In this document: piece after piece, positions 42,181 to 54,370 of the stretch
How the letters are laid out: each line of letters opens with the position of its first letter
Numbering within the stretch: position 1 is the stretch's first letter
NCBI GenBank assembly: GCA_002633005.1
Contig: NMRA01000149.1
Location: forward strand, 502,192-566,191
Source of the DNA: Phoronis australis
Lineage: Eukaryota; Animalia; Phoronida
Reading direction: 5' to 3'
Length of the DNA: 64,000 nt
Notes under the pieces: generated by a model
Database searches by the model: none
What the model saw: only the letters and a program-made list of their open reading frames with translations
What the model was told of the DNA's origin: nothing
Translations under genes and position numbers: made by a program

Positions 42181-44103
42181 AAGGAAAATGGAATCGTATC
42201 AAGGTAAGGAATATTAGCCACCTAAACAGTTTGATATGCAGTTTTAATAAACACAATGGAAGATGGACACTTCACAGGAACACACCACGTTATTTTGAAC
42301 ATAATGCCAGTTTGAAAAAATAACCAAAAATAAATCTTTAAGTCCTCACACAGTACTGATTTAAAGCCATCTTAAGAAGTAATTTATTCACAACAAAACC
42401 TCAAATTCAATCAGCATCAAAATATTTAGTCGACAAAATTTGTCCGAAGCTACACGACTCCTCAGATTGTCAATGTTATCAAAGAACAACTTCAAATCAT
42501 ATTAATTCATAAATATTCATATTTTAACAATTGTAAAATATATCACCTCGTAATCCCATAAAATCATCACTACTGTATTGAACTCCAGATCTGATCACCT
42601 GAACAGGTGGGTTTGTAAACTGGTACTTCCTTACAATTTAACATATGCTCGAGACCCAACAGCATACACAAAGTATTTTTTGCTTATAAAGCATCACTGT
42701 TCAACAAACAGCGTTAAACAACAAGGAAACTTTTCATTACAAAAAGCATACATTATCGTTGTGTAATTATGCATACCATTTCCATGGATTCTGAACTTGA
42801 TTACAATTTCAGTAGAAAAAGATACGTTGTTTTTGGATTGACACCCATTAAAATACTACAAGGAACGTGGAATATGTTTGCAAATTCAATAAAAGCCAAA
42901 TTGAGAAACTGTTAATTTTAACTTCACTTGCACACAGCTTTGGAAAAATAAATCGTGCGAGTTCCCGTTTCCAACATATTTTACTGTATTCCATAACACA
43001 ATCAATTGGTTTAATACCTGCTCCAGTTAATGGGATTGAGGCCCACTGATGATCAAAACCCACCAGGTCCAAGTTGTTTCATAGTCAACACACCAGCCAC
43101 TCTCAAGTACACGAAACTGAATAAATTCTCTCAATTCACCGGATACGAAAGCTATGAAGATGCATTTCTACATGGTGCTTCATAAATTCCAACAAGAGAA
43201 ATTTCACAAACTTAAACATAGTAACATCACTTTATTCAAAGGGGGGCAGCACTTATTTACCATGTATTCCTTTGTATGTAGCCTTCTCGTTCAGGTCAAC
43301 GCCGATGCTGAGCTTAACCGCCCACCCTTGAATTCCCAAAATTTCCCCAAGTCTGTCTCACACACCCAGAATTTAAAAACGCAGACCTTTAGTTCCTTAA
43401 AACATGAAATTCTCAACCAAGAATGTCGGCTCCCAAAATGCACACAATATGCCTATCTGAGACAAATAGCGCATAGCGGACATCTTGACACTATTTTTAA
43501 TGAGAACCATACTGCAGTTAATGTGATAAAAACATAACATGGAAATCCTTGTGTGTTAACCTGAATCTGTAGACAGTGAAAACGCACATCCTCAAATTTC
43601 CCTTTTGGGAACATCCATGCTCAGCTTGCCCACACCCTAATTTCTTTTTAGTTTTTCTAATTAATCATTTTGGGTATAAACGCAGTGGAGTGAAGTTATT
43701 TTTCAAACCTTTACATCTAATTTTGAAGATGTCTCATCTATGGCAAACAATTACTACACTGAAGTCCAAGTACAAGAACTAAAAATTAATATCCTATTAA
43801 AACGTAGGATATCCACTTAGAAATATATCGCAAGACATCACGCAAAAACACTCAAAATGGTCTGATGTAAACTCTAATGCAAGCTTTAAGGTGAGCTCAA
43901 GAAAGAACATGCATAAATTTGCATTACTAGGTCATTTGATTTTAAATTCGACAAAATCAAAAGAAAAATTGAATATTGCTGCCGCATAATGAGCAAAATT
44001 ATGTTTGTTACAGCAAGGTATAACAAAGCAATACACTGAAATGTTTGATATCGGCAAGAGCAATGATATTTTTTTTTTTGACAGATGTGTTTGAAAATGA
44101 TAC

Positions 44104-44185
44104 CTGACCACAACTGACACTTATTTATACAAAACTTCATCTGTTCGCTGCCGCAAAATTCAACTCAAGTCACCATTTGTCCTGT
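44104..44185 (-). other. Candidate distal exon of the DBHS transcription unit
   Basis: Acceptor catttttcttttcag| and donor CAG|gtatca, 82 nt. It reads TGQMVT* if joined to the 59904 donor. Confidence 0.35.
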
Positions 44186-47100
44186 CTGAAAAGAAAAATG
44201 CTGCACAAAAAGCATTTGCAATGAACAATTATTCTTCAGCATCCTCAAATTATTTCAGAATGCACCATTTCAACACATCTGGGTTTTTCTAATAAATTGA
44301 TCACCAGTTTGTGTAATACGAACCATAAGTGATTATTTCAGGAAATTAATGTTTTTGATTCATTTTATCACCATGTCGCAGCCAACCTCATCGCATTATT
44401 TAAAAACTTGTTCTTTATGAATTCGTCTAATGGTTCCGAAGAGCACAGAATGAACAAAGATGAGCACCACAGAGCATTGATCCGCAACTGTTGTGTCACA
44501 AATGCCACAAATGAAAAACACTTGTCTTGTGAACTCTGTCAATGCCAAGTGTTTTCTAAGACCTGCATTTCCCAGTGCCAAATTAATTTAAAGGATACAC
44601 ATAACCAAGGGTGCAATCACAAAAACGCTCTGCAATAGTTTTTGGTAAATTGTTATGAAACTTGCAGGGTAAGCTGTACATACATTTTGTGATATTCTAG
44701 AATAATGACATCATACATCGAGGCAGGTACTCACTACGTAGAGTGTTCATTTTTTTCAAGATTTCTGGTGAAAAAACACTACCGACTGTCAGTGAACGGT
44801 TTTGCTTGAAATTCATATTATTTGTTATTTAAGTCAATTAAACAACCACAATGGACAGTCCAGGGGCGATTATATCGATCGTAATTCAAGTAAGTGACTG
44901 ATCAAAATTTCTTCACAAACGCGAAAAACGACTTGTTTAGGATTTGGTAGAGCTGTTTTCCTGTCATGTGCCAGTGTCATTAAACTGCAGTTATCTCCCA
45001 CGAAATTGAGGATTAACTGGTACCCAACTTGTCAATCAGCACATTTGGCAGTGGTTAGGTTACTCACTATAAGGCACGTGAGTCAAGTAAAAGAATTAAA
45101 GTGGCATTAAACCCATGCTTTCGGTCAAGATTGAGCGCACTTGCTGTTATGAAATTGGGTCTTTTTGGTGTTCCTTACACAGTCTAGAAAGTGATCCCTG
45201 GGATATTGGCAATAACTGGCAGTTTGTCACTTCTTCAGAACAAGCTCAAAAGTTTTCAATCATGTGACCTGATATTTTATGACCTTGAACTGAAGAGATA
45301 ACAAATCGTCAGTTCTTTCAAAGCCCAACAATCACACCTGCTTTGACTAAGGAACACCTGGAGACTAATGTCATGATGCTAAGTGGTCTAAATAAAAGTT
45401 TTTTTGTAAAAGAAAGCACAGGCATAATACTGCTTTAGACTCAGGACTACAGGGGGCAGTGCAGCTTATGCGAAAATTGGCAAATGAAATTGTCATAGAT
45501 ATTGAGACTGTCGTAAAGAAAATTAAAATTACAATTATGGGACAGTGCAGGTAAAGGATAAATCCAAATATTAGCACCAGTCATGCTCATCTTAATAAAA
45601 GCTCGTTTGCCATACTTCAGGAGGACTACCAAAAGTGAGCACTAAACTAATAAAATTGTCACCAGGCACCAAATCGGAACTGTCCAATGCAAGTGCTGCT
45701 CTCTCTTGGGTAAAATCCTATTTAATGATTTTCATGAAGATCCTTCATCACACCAGGTAGATATTAAGGCAAACTCAAATAGCTGTTGGACACTTGGTCA
45801 GACACGACTACACACTCTGCGCACACTATGTGTACACATACATGTATGTGGGCACATAAAAAGGGGTTGCCGCACTGCTCCAAATTAACAATACCTCTCC
45901 AGCAATTGGCTTTGGCAACACCAGGGGTGTCAATGGGCAGCCAAATGGACATTGGGCATCGTCACCATGTTAACTTACCATGAGAAACAAAAATGAGAAA
46001 AAAAAGAAAATATGCAGTCTCTTATATAAGAAGCACTTACACTCGACATGATTAGAGGCATGGAATGCGAAGACTCGTAAAAAAATACCCCTTAAACAGC
46101 TGGTGAACATTAATTCTTGGGGATGCCACCGTTAAGAGTTATTCATCTTGAATTTTTCTAGAAAAAATGGCCATATTCACTATTTTTCAAACAGACGAAA
46201 TATAAAACTCTTGCATCTCAATAGTTTTCAAATTTTATGTCCCTAATAATATATATGCGTGCAAGTGCTCCAAGAAGTCAAACTGACTGCAACTTACCAT
46301 GCCAAATAAGGATACATGCCTTGCCGAGTAAGAAAGTGAAGAGCAGTTGACAGATCATTTTTTGATTTGAAAATGCTTGGACACCAACAGAAATTCAATA
46401 AGTTAACGAAAAAACAGTAAGCATAAGTGGTGAACAGTTTGACTTGTGTGTCAGTGGTAGAGAATGATTTTGAATAATGCAAATAAGTCTGTTTTTCACG
46501 TTCAATGTCACTTTAACCAGTCTTATCTATTCATTTACATTACACATTTTTAAACGAAAAATTAAAACAAGAGTTGTTTTCAGAAGTGACCCGTTCAAAA
46601 ATATTCTGCTTCAAAAAAATTTCTATGATTTAGCACCTAAAAATATTAAAATGCAAAAATGTAAAAATATAAAACCAGGAGCACAAGGTAATACATACAA
46701 GTTCTCTGTGCCTCTATTAGAGACCGCATATTATTATAACCGGTGTTTTACTGCACTGACAGACAGTAAAATATAACAACAGCCAATCTTTATTCTGCAG
46801 CCACAAAAGCACAACAGGAATGATGAGTAAGGGACAGTTGGTATATTAATTTCAGCATTACATATCCCCCAGCTTCTATTCAAGATCAGTTTCTATCGAA
46901 GAGATACTCTCTCAACTAAACAGCAACAGGAATTACTTTAGATCAGACTTCTTACTCAATTCATACACGGACCATATTATCACAACTCAGTACATGTTAA
47001 TACAAAGCCAATAGGTATGGCTGAGGGTCTCGAGCAAAGTACATACAAATGACAATATGATATATATAATGCTATCAACAGGTCTTGGTTAAAAGAAGCA

Positions 47101-48227
47101 TACATACCTTATAGTCCAGCCATGCTTTTATCAACTCCATCTTAATATTTGACGTTATCAATAGTCTTATGGCCAGCAAAAGAAATAAAGCTTTGTTACA
47201 TTTGTATAAGAGACATATTTAAGCAACCATAATCCATCAATTAGGTTAGAATTCTGGAAAAACGTGGCATTTCGATGTCAAAAAGACATAATTTTTTTGT
47301 TCTGTAACAGCAAGTTGATGAAATTTTAGTAACTTTTGTTTGTCACGTTAGTAATGAAGAACACACCAAACTTTGGACTTTTTCATCTTCACAAAATCTT
47401 TGCAATTTAAGCGTTTTAGGATGAAGAATGCCACAATGTGATTACTCGCACACTAACAACAGATACAGACGTAGCCTAATCCACCTTTCTTGTGTTCACA
47501 GGTCCCAAATAAAAGCAGCACAGATTCACATAAAAATTGTCCATGGTGAGAGTTCAGAAATTTGCCAATAATTTACTGAACTCCAAATTTGTAGAAAAAA
47601 ATTGTTATGCAGGAAATACGGCCAACAAATTGAAGGCATGAGTCAACGACAGGTTCAATATTCCCAATAAATTAAATACTATACATTACTGTTAAATACT
47701 GTGCATTGTTTTCCAAGGTTGTAATTTCCATTTCAGATGATTTCCCATCACAAGTATTTGTATCGCCTCCAAATTTAGACATGAATAATAGCTCATGACA
47801 ACATTTCCAAAGGCTTAAGAGAGCAATTGCTCAATTTTATTATTTGATGACAGCTGTATATCACAAATAATGCTGTCAATGTGAAGTAACTTTCAAGTAT
47901 AAAGTACAAATGTTACGTGAAACAATTTCCATTTTCATTAAAGAATCTACAATAAACCTCTTATTACTTGGCACAGCATTTGAGTGTGAGTAGTGACGAG
48001 AAAATGATCCATTGTTACGCCTTGGATAGGCAGAAAAATTATTGTTGAAGCAACAGTCCAAAACGATGAATTTTTTTACCTTTGTCTCCTACTGAAACAG
48101 ATACATTTCATACACTGCATGCTATTTTTTAGCACCTGTGTGCAATGATATCAAATGCTTTCTGAAGGTCAACGACCCGTTACCTCAAAAATGTTTGTTC
48201 AGATTGCTTCAGCGTTACCATCAAGAA

Positions 48228-48349
48228 TGCTTGAGCCCAAACTTAGTGAATAAGAATGGTGCCTTTATAGAGGTATGGGACAGTTGCTTGAGCCCAAACT
48301 TAGTGAATAAGAATGGTGCCTTTATAGAGGTATGGGACAGTTGCTTGAG
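48228..48349. repeat. Perfect 57-bp tandem duplication
   Basis: TGCTTGAGCCCAAACTTAGTGAATAAGAATGGTGCCTTTATAGAGGTATGGGACAGT x2. Confidence 0.95.
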
Positions 48350-49719
48350 ATCACACCTAAATTGAGTTCCGTTGCCATTTCAAACAAAAGCAAGTGTCAA
48401 ATGTTAATTTTGAAATTCAAGTCATGAACTAAGGCAAGTTGACAGTTGTTTTCCGTGATGATATCGAGGTCAGAATGGAGTTCATTTTTGGCTTAATGAA
48501 GCATTTCATTCTAACTTTATCTCACTTTAACGTTGGCAGTTTTTGACACGGCAATGCACCTCTCAATGGAACTTTAAAAGAAGTATGAAATAGATGGAAC
48601 TTTTGTAAAGCTGCTGACTGGTGACATGCAGCTCAAGACAACTGTATTTAAGTAATCTGAAAAGACACATATGCCAATGTAAAGTCATAGGTACTTGTTT
48701 CAACACCTACTACTTAAACGTCTAACATGAGCAGAAGACACAGTTGGCAGACAGCAGGATTTCAGCAAATCAAATTATGCAGATTACCAGACATGAGAAA
48801 ATCCAATCAGTGAACAATTACTCTATCCTCAATCCGTCTCAGCACCGCACTATTTCTAGTATTTTAACCTCCACCTCCAACAATCCGGCACGCTTCAACA
48901 CGACATCCAAAGCAGCAGCATTGTGTAAGTATTCTCAGTTGGAATGACATGCAAACAACTTCTTAAACGGAACCATCTAAGGCGGCGAATTCCACATCCA
49001 CGTTCATTCAAACGGAGACGAACCCCAACTCAAGAAACCACGTGGTGAGACTGATTAGCCGTGATGTGTCAAGGGCAATTGAGCGCTCATGCACGAAGAA
49101 GTCCTGCTGACAGTTATTTATAAACATTTGTTATGTCTTAATGTTACAACTTCAAAAAGTATTTATTAGATTCTAACTCGAATGTTTGTTATGAAAGCTA
49201 ACTGCAATTTACAATTGTTAAGTTTAAAATAAAAATTTTCTAAAAAATAATTGGGTTTCCTTTACATTGCGCAAGCGTCTTTTTACAAAAGTTGCGTCAT
49301 GTGGTTGAAAGTTTTAGAAACGTCGAGTTTTTCGCCAAAAAGATCGTGCTTATGGTTCATGGGAAAAAAATGGAAAGCCTCGGGATTTTGAAGAAATTTC
49401 CAAGAGGTTTTGCCCATGTTATAAACTTGAGACGAGTGTCGGATTCTTTGTTTATAAGTTCTCCAACTAAGTTGTGACACATTCTAAATGGCTTAAGAAG
49501 TTCACGAAAATCGAACAATAAGAGAAGTTAATGTGGTGCTACAACAGAGTGCTTGGAGAAAATGGTTTCAAATATATTTTTGTTACAGTCTGATAATGAG
49601 TTAAAGCTCGTTTTTGTACCTAATCATTAGAAAAGTTACTAGAGCAATGCAAAGCATCCACTAGGGTTGCATTTTAGCATTATGTTATACAAAAAATAAG
49701 GCCATTAAAAAAATAATTG

Positions 49720-49942
49720 CAAATGGTCTGGTACACGTTGTACCAGACGTTCGCAGGCCACACATGTGATCCCATTGCATTGATCACCTGGAACCATTTT
49801 TTGGCTGCTTTATCAACATAGTTAAAACCGAGCTAAGGAGCTAGCAAACTGACTCAAGGGTCTAGCAGTGTGGCCCAGTGGGACTCGAACCCACCACCTT
49901 GAGTAAAGAAAGCGGGCACCTATCAGACTAGGCCACATTGCC
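49720..49942 (-). mobile_element. tRNA-derived SINE
   Basis: The head GGCAATGTGGCCTAGTCTGATAGG (A box)...GGTGGGTTCGAGTCCCACT (B box in a T-arm hairpin) is followed by non-tRNA body sequence. There is no intact cloverleaf. Confidence 0.7.
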
Positions 49943-50099
49943 TCCTTTAATAAAGTCACTAAGACACACAGCAAAAGTCAAATCTGTCTGAAACACGACA
50001 AGTGCTGCTGTCTCCTTGATAGAAACCTGTTTGATAAGAGTCGTGGACATCAAAGATCTTGGTCAATACAGAGCCAAACTTAAAGAAATCCTAAATTAG

Positions 50100-50690
50100 G
50101 ACCCTGCGGGTGCCTCAGAAACTGGGCTCCTAAAATCAAAATCGGGCATACTGTTCACTGAAAACAATATTATCATAGTTCACAAATTGATAAATATTGA
50201 GGCAAGGGCAAAAAACAAATTTGCCACTAGGGGTGCCACACTTGTAGCCGTGTTCATCGGAATAGGAACACACGGCCATTTGTGAAATTTCAGACAATTT
50301 GGCAGATAAAAAGACAGACACCAAAACATGCAAAAATAACAAAAACAGCCATAAGGAAGCAGTTTATGCCTGAAAATGGGAAGGTGTTGTCATCACATAC
50401 TTGCCAAATTTAATGAAAATCGGTCAACGAAAAAACTAAAGTTACCACTAGGAGACGCAGCAGCAATCAAATCCATCCAAAATTTGGCTCGTGCCGTCCC
50501 TTCCGCGATACAGACATGTTTGCAAAATTCACGGAAATCCATAACGGGGTTTAGGAAAAACAGCAGCAGATGCCAGCTGGACAGGAATGACGATGTAATG
50601 AACCCCCCCACACATAAAAACGCGAGAGCACAAAAAAAGCAAAGGAATCTCTTGGGGTTGGATTGTTCCAAAATAACAATAGGATTTACC
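50100..50690. mobile_element. Probable Helitron-like non-autonomous repeat
   Basis: TTGCCACTAGGGG / TTACCACTAGGAG and CCAAATTTAATGAAAATCGGTCA motifs. Confidence 0.35.
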
Positions 50691-51149
50691 TACTGAAGGA
50701 GAGTTTCAAATCTTTCAGCATATTTTTCATAGGTAGTTGAGTGGCAAGTCTAAAGTACTACAAGTTACATGTCAGTCACATAACATATGCCGTAACACTT
50801 TTACATTTTACCTACTAGAGATGTCAGAAACTGTAGTTTTGGCAGGAGGTTGTTACCTAGCGACATTGTAGAAGGATGTCAACAGCTTGTAGTCAACAAC
50901 AGCGTTGTGTGACTGGCTTATAAACTTTGAACAGCCATCCTGCATAGGTGGCGACGAACTGAACATCCCACAAATTCCCGATACCGGACTGCACTAATTC
51001 AAAGTTGACTTTCAATAAGTATATAAATAAAAAGAAATAGATTTGAACGGAGAACAATTTAAGTTTGCCTTGCATTTGTTGCTGGAAGGACTTTAATCTA
51101 AATATTTTGAATCTGTAGTGACATCACCAAAAACGCATTCACTGGCACT

Positions 51150-51222
51150 GGCACCGGCACCATAATACAACGAAACTTGACAAGGGGACACTAAAAATTT
51201 ATTAATAAAACATTGTATACAA
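51150..51222 (-). terminator. Proximal polyadenylation signal of the DBHS gene
   Basis: AATAAA at 51203-51198 lies ~375 nt after the stop. It has an upstream TGTA and a downstream GT-rich element (GTTTCGTTGTATTATGGTG). Confidence 0.65.
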
Positions 51223-51577
51223 GCTATCAAAGGACATGTTACGTGCACTTAATTCAACTAAAATGGGGAATCACAGTCTTTAACCCCTCTTGTTACTCCC
51301 TTTTTTTGCACAAAAATAGCTACAAGGTCTTATATTACTTTATCTAATTACACAAGTAATAGTTTCGGTGCCAAATCAAGCCAACAACATAAGACTTAAC
51401 TTGTCAATGCGGCAACACAGATTTACCAGTCATAATGAAAAGCACTCGTAAGTCACCATCATCGATGCGCAACTCTGTGCTAGTATTTCATATGAAAATA
51501 TACACCATCCACAGATTGAAGAACACAATTGTTTGATTAACACAACAGAAAGTCTCCACATCAAAAGCTCAGTCTCT

Positions 51578-51841
51578 TTAATATCTTGGACGTTTAGCGT
51601 CTCCATAATCCTCGCGACCGCGACGGTCTCGGCTCTGTATACGTGGTCCCCCTGCTCTGGGGCCGCCCATATTACCCCCCATAAGGTTACCCATCATTCC
51701 CTGGGGTGCACGGGGTCGGGGACCAGACATGCTGGCCCCAGGGCCAGGTCCCATAAGGCCTGGACCAAAGTTGCCCCCCTGGGCTCCATGTTGACCCCCA
51801 GGACCACTGTTCACCGGAGGCTGATCGAATCTTGACTGGCG
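51578..51841 (-). CDS. NONO/SFPQ: DBHS protein terminal coding exon with C-terminal NLS
   Basis: Acceptor cttgtgcag|CGC. The exon encodes RQSRFDQPP...GGNMGGPRAGGPRIQSRDRRGREDYGDAKRPRY*. This end resembles human SFPQ (GRGREEYEGPNKKPRF) and NONO/PSPC1 (PNKRRRY). Confidence 0.9.
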   Translation of the reverse strand, partial: RQSRFDQPPVNSGPGGQHGAQGGNFGPGLMGPGPGASMSGPRPRAPQGMMGNLMGGNMGGPRAGGPRIQSRDRRGREDYGDAKRPRY

Positions 51842-52809
51842 CTGCACAAGACAGCGTTTTTAACACATAAGAAAAGCCGGAGCCAATGCAAGTCCGCAGA
51901 GACATGGGTTATTTATAGGAAAACCCAGAATATGTTGAAATCACATTATCAGCCAAAGCAGGACCGGTGAATCGATGTAGTTGTTGCAGGAGTCACCATC
52001 AGGAGGAAGCATCACATAGGAAAGAAATGACAAAAACAATGCATTAGAAAGGTGTTTACTTGTCTTTTACACAGAGAGTAGAACCTTTCACATCCTATAT
52101 GGCCTAGGACTGCTCTCCACCAAGTATAATCAGTAGACAACAAGCCTACCCAGGTGCTCCCTGAAGCTGTTACCAGTGCTTTTGACTATCACAGCAACCC
52201 ATGGTATGTTTGGCATGAGCATGCTACTTCCATAACACCAGCCACCATTCATCATGTCGCAATTAATAAACAATGCCTGCTCCAATATTTAGGACAGTGC
52301 CACACAACAGATATTTAGCAATGTGGTTTTGGTGTTTATGATGATAACAACAGGCATCACATAAATTTCTCATTTGAACAATTGCTTAGTGAACATTTAG
52401 TAATCTGTTCTCTTGCCCCCCAGAACCATTTTGATTAGGTTTCAAAAACCACACGCCAAACCCAATTTTATTCAAGGTTCTCATATGTTGACTGACAGCT
52501 ATTTACAATTATTAAAGCCAAACCCAAGGAAGATGGCATTAGTTCACAATAAGTGAAAATGAATCGAGGCTTTCACATTCACACTGTCAAGTAATGACCA
52601 ACAAACTCCTGTTTATTTGAAACAAAGGCTGCAATGATCAAGAGTATATACACATCAACCTTGGTGAATGAGTCAGTGCACACTTAAGTTAAAATTTTGA
52701 AATGTAAAAGATTCACAAAGCTGCAAATTTGCTATCAAGCTGCCTGAACATTCTCTGAAAAATTACAAATAAATGCTTAATGTAAATTCCAAATGATTGC
52801 TGCCTTTAG

Positions 52810-54370
52810 CAGTCTTATCTTTTTGACAATGGAGTTACGTATCGTGACTAGTGGACTCGCGTCGGCGTCCGGCAGTGATCATAACACTATAGTCGCAACA
52901 GACCAACGGTAATATCTGAGCGGCTAATTCAAAGTTAAGGTTACATAGACTTAGTCAACTTGCCATGGTATTTAGCCAAATATTTACAAAACCATACATT
53001 TTAACTCAGTAAAGTATATATTTTCTGAAAGTAGAAGGCATGTAGAATTTGATTTTCAACTTGATACCAATGTGCTGTGAATTAGATCATGTGACCACCC
53101 ATTTTTACGTAAAATTTAACAAAAAAAAAAAAACAAAAAAACAATGGTATTAACAACATGACCTCACTTTGCTTTACACTAATGATGAAATCTCAAAAAT
53201 GATGTTAAAGTTTTCTAAATAATCATTTTGTTTTTGTTTGATACCACTTTTGAGTTTTTGCATAAAAATCACAGAAGTCCCGTTTTTGATAACCTCTCTT
53301 GTACGTGGAAAAATTTGAAAACAATTCCAAACACCGTTTTGCCGCACAGTGCATAAAGAATAGTACCAGAAAGTTTGATATGAATCCAATCAGCCATTTC
53401 TGAGATATGGTGTTCCAAATTTTGCCATTTTTCAAGGGTCCCACATAATTTTAAGGTCGCCAAAATTTGTTTATCAACAAATGTCCACATTAGGTGCCTC
53501 ATTTGAAGGTAGTGCTTGATATTCAACGGGGAGCTGAAACCACTTTTGTTGTTAAGGTTGGAATTATTTTAAATTTTAAAATGCTTCGAAGATGGCGATA
53601 AAGTTCAAGTAATTAGGCAGTACTTATGTTGTTTAAATCGTTTTCTGGCTGCATGTCACCCAAACAAAAATCAAAATCCCAAGAACAAATTTAAAAATAT
53701 CCTTGAAATCAGCAACTATCGATGGAATTTCCATGATTTTGTTCATTGCAAAGGTTAATTATTAATTTGCTCATTTAAATATTCAAATTTGATGTGACGT
53801 AATGAAACATCAGAAGCTATCAGTAGTCCCTTTCAAACCGACTTAACTCCGGACTGAGTGGAGCGTCGACGTAAACAGCACAGTTAACTGGACCGTTCAT
53901 ACTGGCTTCAGTAGTTGATGAACATCGAAGTAAACAGTAGGTGATGCTGTTGTCATCGAACTTATCGCAAGGCAGGCCTGCATGCCAAGATTTTTTTAAA
54001 TGTGACAATTTGGGAACATCTACATGTGCTAATTGTCATTGAACTTATTTTTAAATGGATTGGTTATCAGAGCAAAACATAAGAAGCTATTAGTGACGGC
54101 ACTATCCTGTAACTCTTGACGAAAACAGTGGCACATGATAACTTTGATTGGACCAAAGTTAACCGTTCATACTGCACCACAGCGTTGACGCTGCGCTGTT
54201 AAATCCACCTGTTAAATGCGATGTTAACTGGAGCTGTTAACTGTGATCCAGGACTGGAGTTAAGCGTTCATACTGACCCAAACTCCCCAAACCATCGACG
54301 TTTCGACGTTAGTATGAAAGGCCCCAATGAGATAAAACCCACTAGCACAGTAGTGATTAGACTCAATATT
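52810..54370. mobile_element. Probable non-autonomous Helitron/Helentron-like repeat
   Basis: It has GCGTCGGCGTCCGGC near the left end and the motif AAAGTTTGATATGAATCCAATCAGCCATTTCTGAGATATG typical of such elements. Boundaries are approximate. Confidence 0.4.
53826..54325. mobile_element. Harbinger-like MITE nested in a larger repeat
   Basis: Termini GTCCCTTTCAAAC / GTATGAAAGGCCCC. Internal CGTTCATACTG occurs three times, and ACTTAACTCC(G)G is inverted against CTGGAGTTAAG. Confidence 0.6.

Noticed and set aside
48080-48091. 12-nt micro-exon TAGGAGACAAAG (tttcag|…|gtaaaa)
   Set aside because: The donor is weak and the pyrimidine tract short, so it is indistinguishable from chance without reads.
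49870-49942. tRNA gene
   Set aside because: A and B boxes are present, but the acceptor and anticodon stems do not pair properly. It is better explained as a SINE head.
51533-51905. 100-aa + ORF and 72-aa alternative-frame ORF
   Set aside because: These are shadows of the DBHS last exon.
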